Source of the DNA: Geosiphon pyriformis uo1
Lineage: Eukaryota > Fungi > Glomeromycota
Direction of reading: 5' to 3'
Length of the DNA: 64,000 nucleotides
Assembly: GCA_016748015.1 (NCBI GenBank)
Contig: JAAOMT010000515.1
Location: 355,249-419,248 of the forward strand
Shown: positions 62,236 through 64,000 of the stretch, piece by piece
Position numbering within the stretch: position 1 is the stretch's first letter
How the letters are laid out: each line of letters begins with the position of its first letter
Program-made: the position numbers and the translations under genes
Notes under the pieces: generated by a model
What the model saw: the letters and a program-made list of their open reading frames with translations, nothing else
Told to the model about the DNA's origin: nothing
Databases searched by the model: none

Positions 62236-64000
62236 ATCAGATTTGACTGGTTGTTTTGAAGCTTGGATTAAAATAGTTATATAAAATGGATTTAGAAATT
62301 TTTTGCTAAAATCAAAGTAATAAAATTATGTTTTTTATTTTTAAATCATTAAAATGCAAGTTTTTTATTTAAATAAGAAAAAGTTGTAAAATTTTAGTGA
62401 AATTGAATAAAATTGAAGTATATATATATATCGAAAAGTCAGATTTTGAACTGGGAACCTGTTTATCAATTTTCGGGAAATTATTTTGTATAGCATAAAT
62501 GATCAAGATTATAACATTGTTTAAATATTATTATAAAGTTAAAGGTGATTATGAAATTGATTTTCTTTTACTATTTCTTGATACATGACATTTAGAAACT
62601 TTTAATTGCAGAGGGTTTTCGATCATTGTAATAGCGGCTAAAATGATTTTTTTTTAATTTATTATCCCTTTTTACCAGATTGGTTGAATATATTGATAAC
62701 CATATTTGTGACAAGTAGATTATGTCAGGTATTTCATGAATTATTAATGTACATGTATATCGGAAAATTAATTTAATTTTGAAAATTAAAAATTTTTACC
62801 ATACTCATTTGCGCCCCGTTAGACCCTGTTATCAAAATATGGATATTAAAAATCGTGTATATCAGTTAAAAAAATATTCCTTGCTAATTTTTCTACTTTG
62901 GAGCGACAATTATTCCTTTTTTTGATCAATATCGTTTTCTATTATTTAAGCAAGAATTTAAACCAATAAGAGCCGGAATATTGTGATTTTCTGATGATAT
63001 TAAGAAAGATTTATGCACATTCTATGAACTCATCAACATTTTAATTTTAAAGTTGCAATAAATATTTCATTTTAAATTTTTATTCATGAGAGATTTTTCC
63101 TCTCTTTTAGCCATAATTAAATTTTTCATTTGCAAGTATTCTCGATAAGGTAGCTCATAATTCTAAGATCTTAGCAAGATTTATCAGAAAAATCGTCAAT
63201 TTTCAATGCCTATTTCAAACAGGTATTTGATATATAAGCTGAAAAGTAGATAATCAAAATTAAGAAAGCAATTGTTCTATAAAATTATTCCTCAAAAAGA
63301 TTAAGTAAAAAAATCTTCCCTGCAAAAATATATCATATTTAATTAATCCATAAAAAGTTATGATTGCATCTGTTACCAAAATTTGGAGAAATCTACATAG
63401 TTTTTTCTATATTGGATGGTAATCTGAATGCGATAAAATGTTTGTAAAATCAAAAAGATTGAGTTTTTAATGAGAGGAAATCTAGCATTTTCAATCTTAG
63501 GTTTCAATTTTTTTAATAATCTTCCGTTCTGCATATTCATTTCACAGATGTGAAAACCCTATCCACAAATTACTCAATAGGTTCAATCGAATTACTTCAA
63601 ATATTAATAAAAATTTGATTTATATTAAATGCATTTCTCTATTTTTTTTTTGCGATTCAAAACACAAGATCTTGCAGAAAGAGACATAAGAGGTCATTTC
63701 TTAAACGCATTATTAGATAAGAATTACTCGGGTCAAAAACTCCTAAAAATTTTACTTAGTTTGGTAATTTGGCTTGCATTTCTTTGTTGTCAAAGAGTTT
63801 TTGAGTGAAACGTCTGAAAATTGAGCACATAATTTGTGACCGTTAATGTTTTCTGTAACCAAAAATTGTGATAATAAAAAAATTTTGTATAACCTGGTCA
63901 ATTATAGCTTCAAGTTAGACGATTTAACTGCAAGAATTCAACAGTGAGGAGTACAAAAGCATATGCGATAGAAAAAAATGCCAAGTGATATAATATTTTT

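Noticed and set aside
1-64000. Whole window as a single symbiosis gene cluster (phosphate transporter, aquaporin, loosenin, secreted proteins)
   Set aside because: The genes are dispersed among housekeeping genes (TRM61, ARL1) with long spacers, and the sequence alone gives no evidence of co-regulation.

Overview
AT-rich, intron-dense eukaryotic DNA with short GT-AG introns (mostly 60-150 nt) and many microsatellites. The gene content suggests an early-diverging fungus, probably Glomeromycotina/Mucoromycota; this is an inference from Sel1-repeat, Lipase_3, PHO84-type and XIP-like genes. By manual splicing I reconstruct about 18 host genes: a PHO84-type phosphate transporter, a single-Myb protein, a Trm61-type m1A58 methyltransferase, a Sel1-repeat protein, an RlpA/DPBB loosenin-like protein, two Lipase_3-fold proteins, a single-C2 protein, an XIP-like aquaporin, a DJ-1/PfpI protein, a DUF924 protein, two inverted NAD(P)-binding paralogs, ARL1, two secreted proteins, an FFAT-motif orphan and a stand-alone response regulator. 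There is also an intact DD34E Tc1-like transposon with a duplicated right end, and next to it a decayed, internally deleted Tc1-like relic missed by the ORF track. The most interesting signals are: (i) two paralogous secreted or membrane-anchored class-3 lipase folds that both lack the catalytic serine but keep Asp, His and Cys, so they are candidate lipid-binding pseudoenzymes; (ii) an XIP-like aquaporin with NPL/NPV boxes and Arg->Lys in the filter; (iii) a symmetric GN-repeat / Thr-Val / GN-repeat secreted protein; (iv) a receiver-only response regulator; (v) several microexons and a GC-AG intron. All gene models were spliced by eye and no database searches were run.
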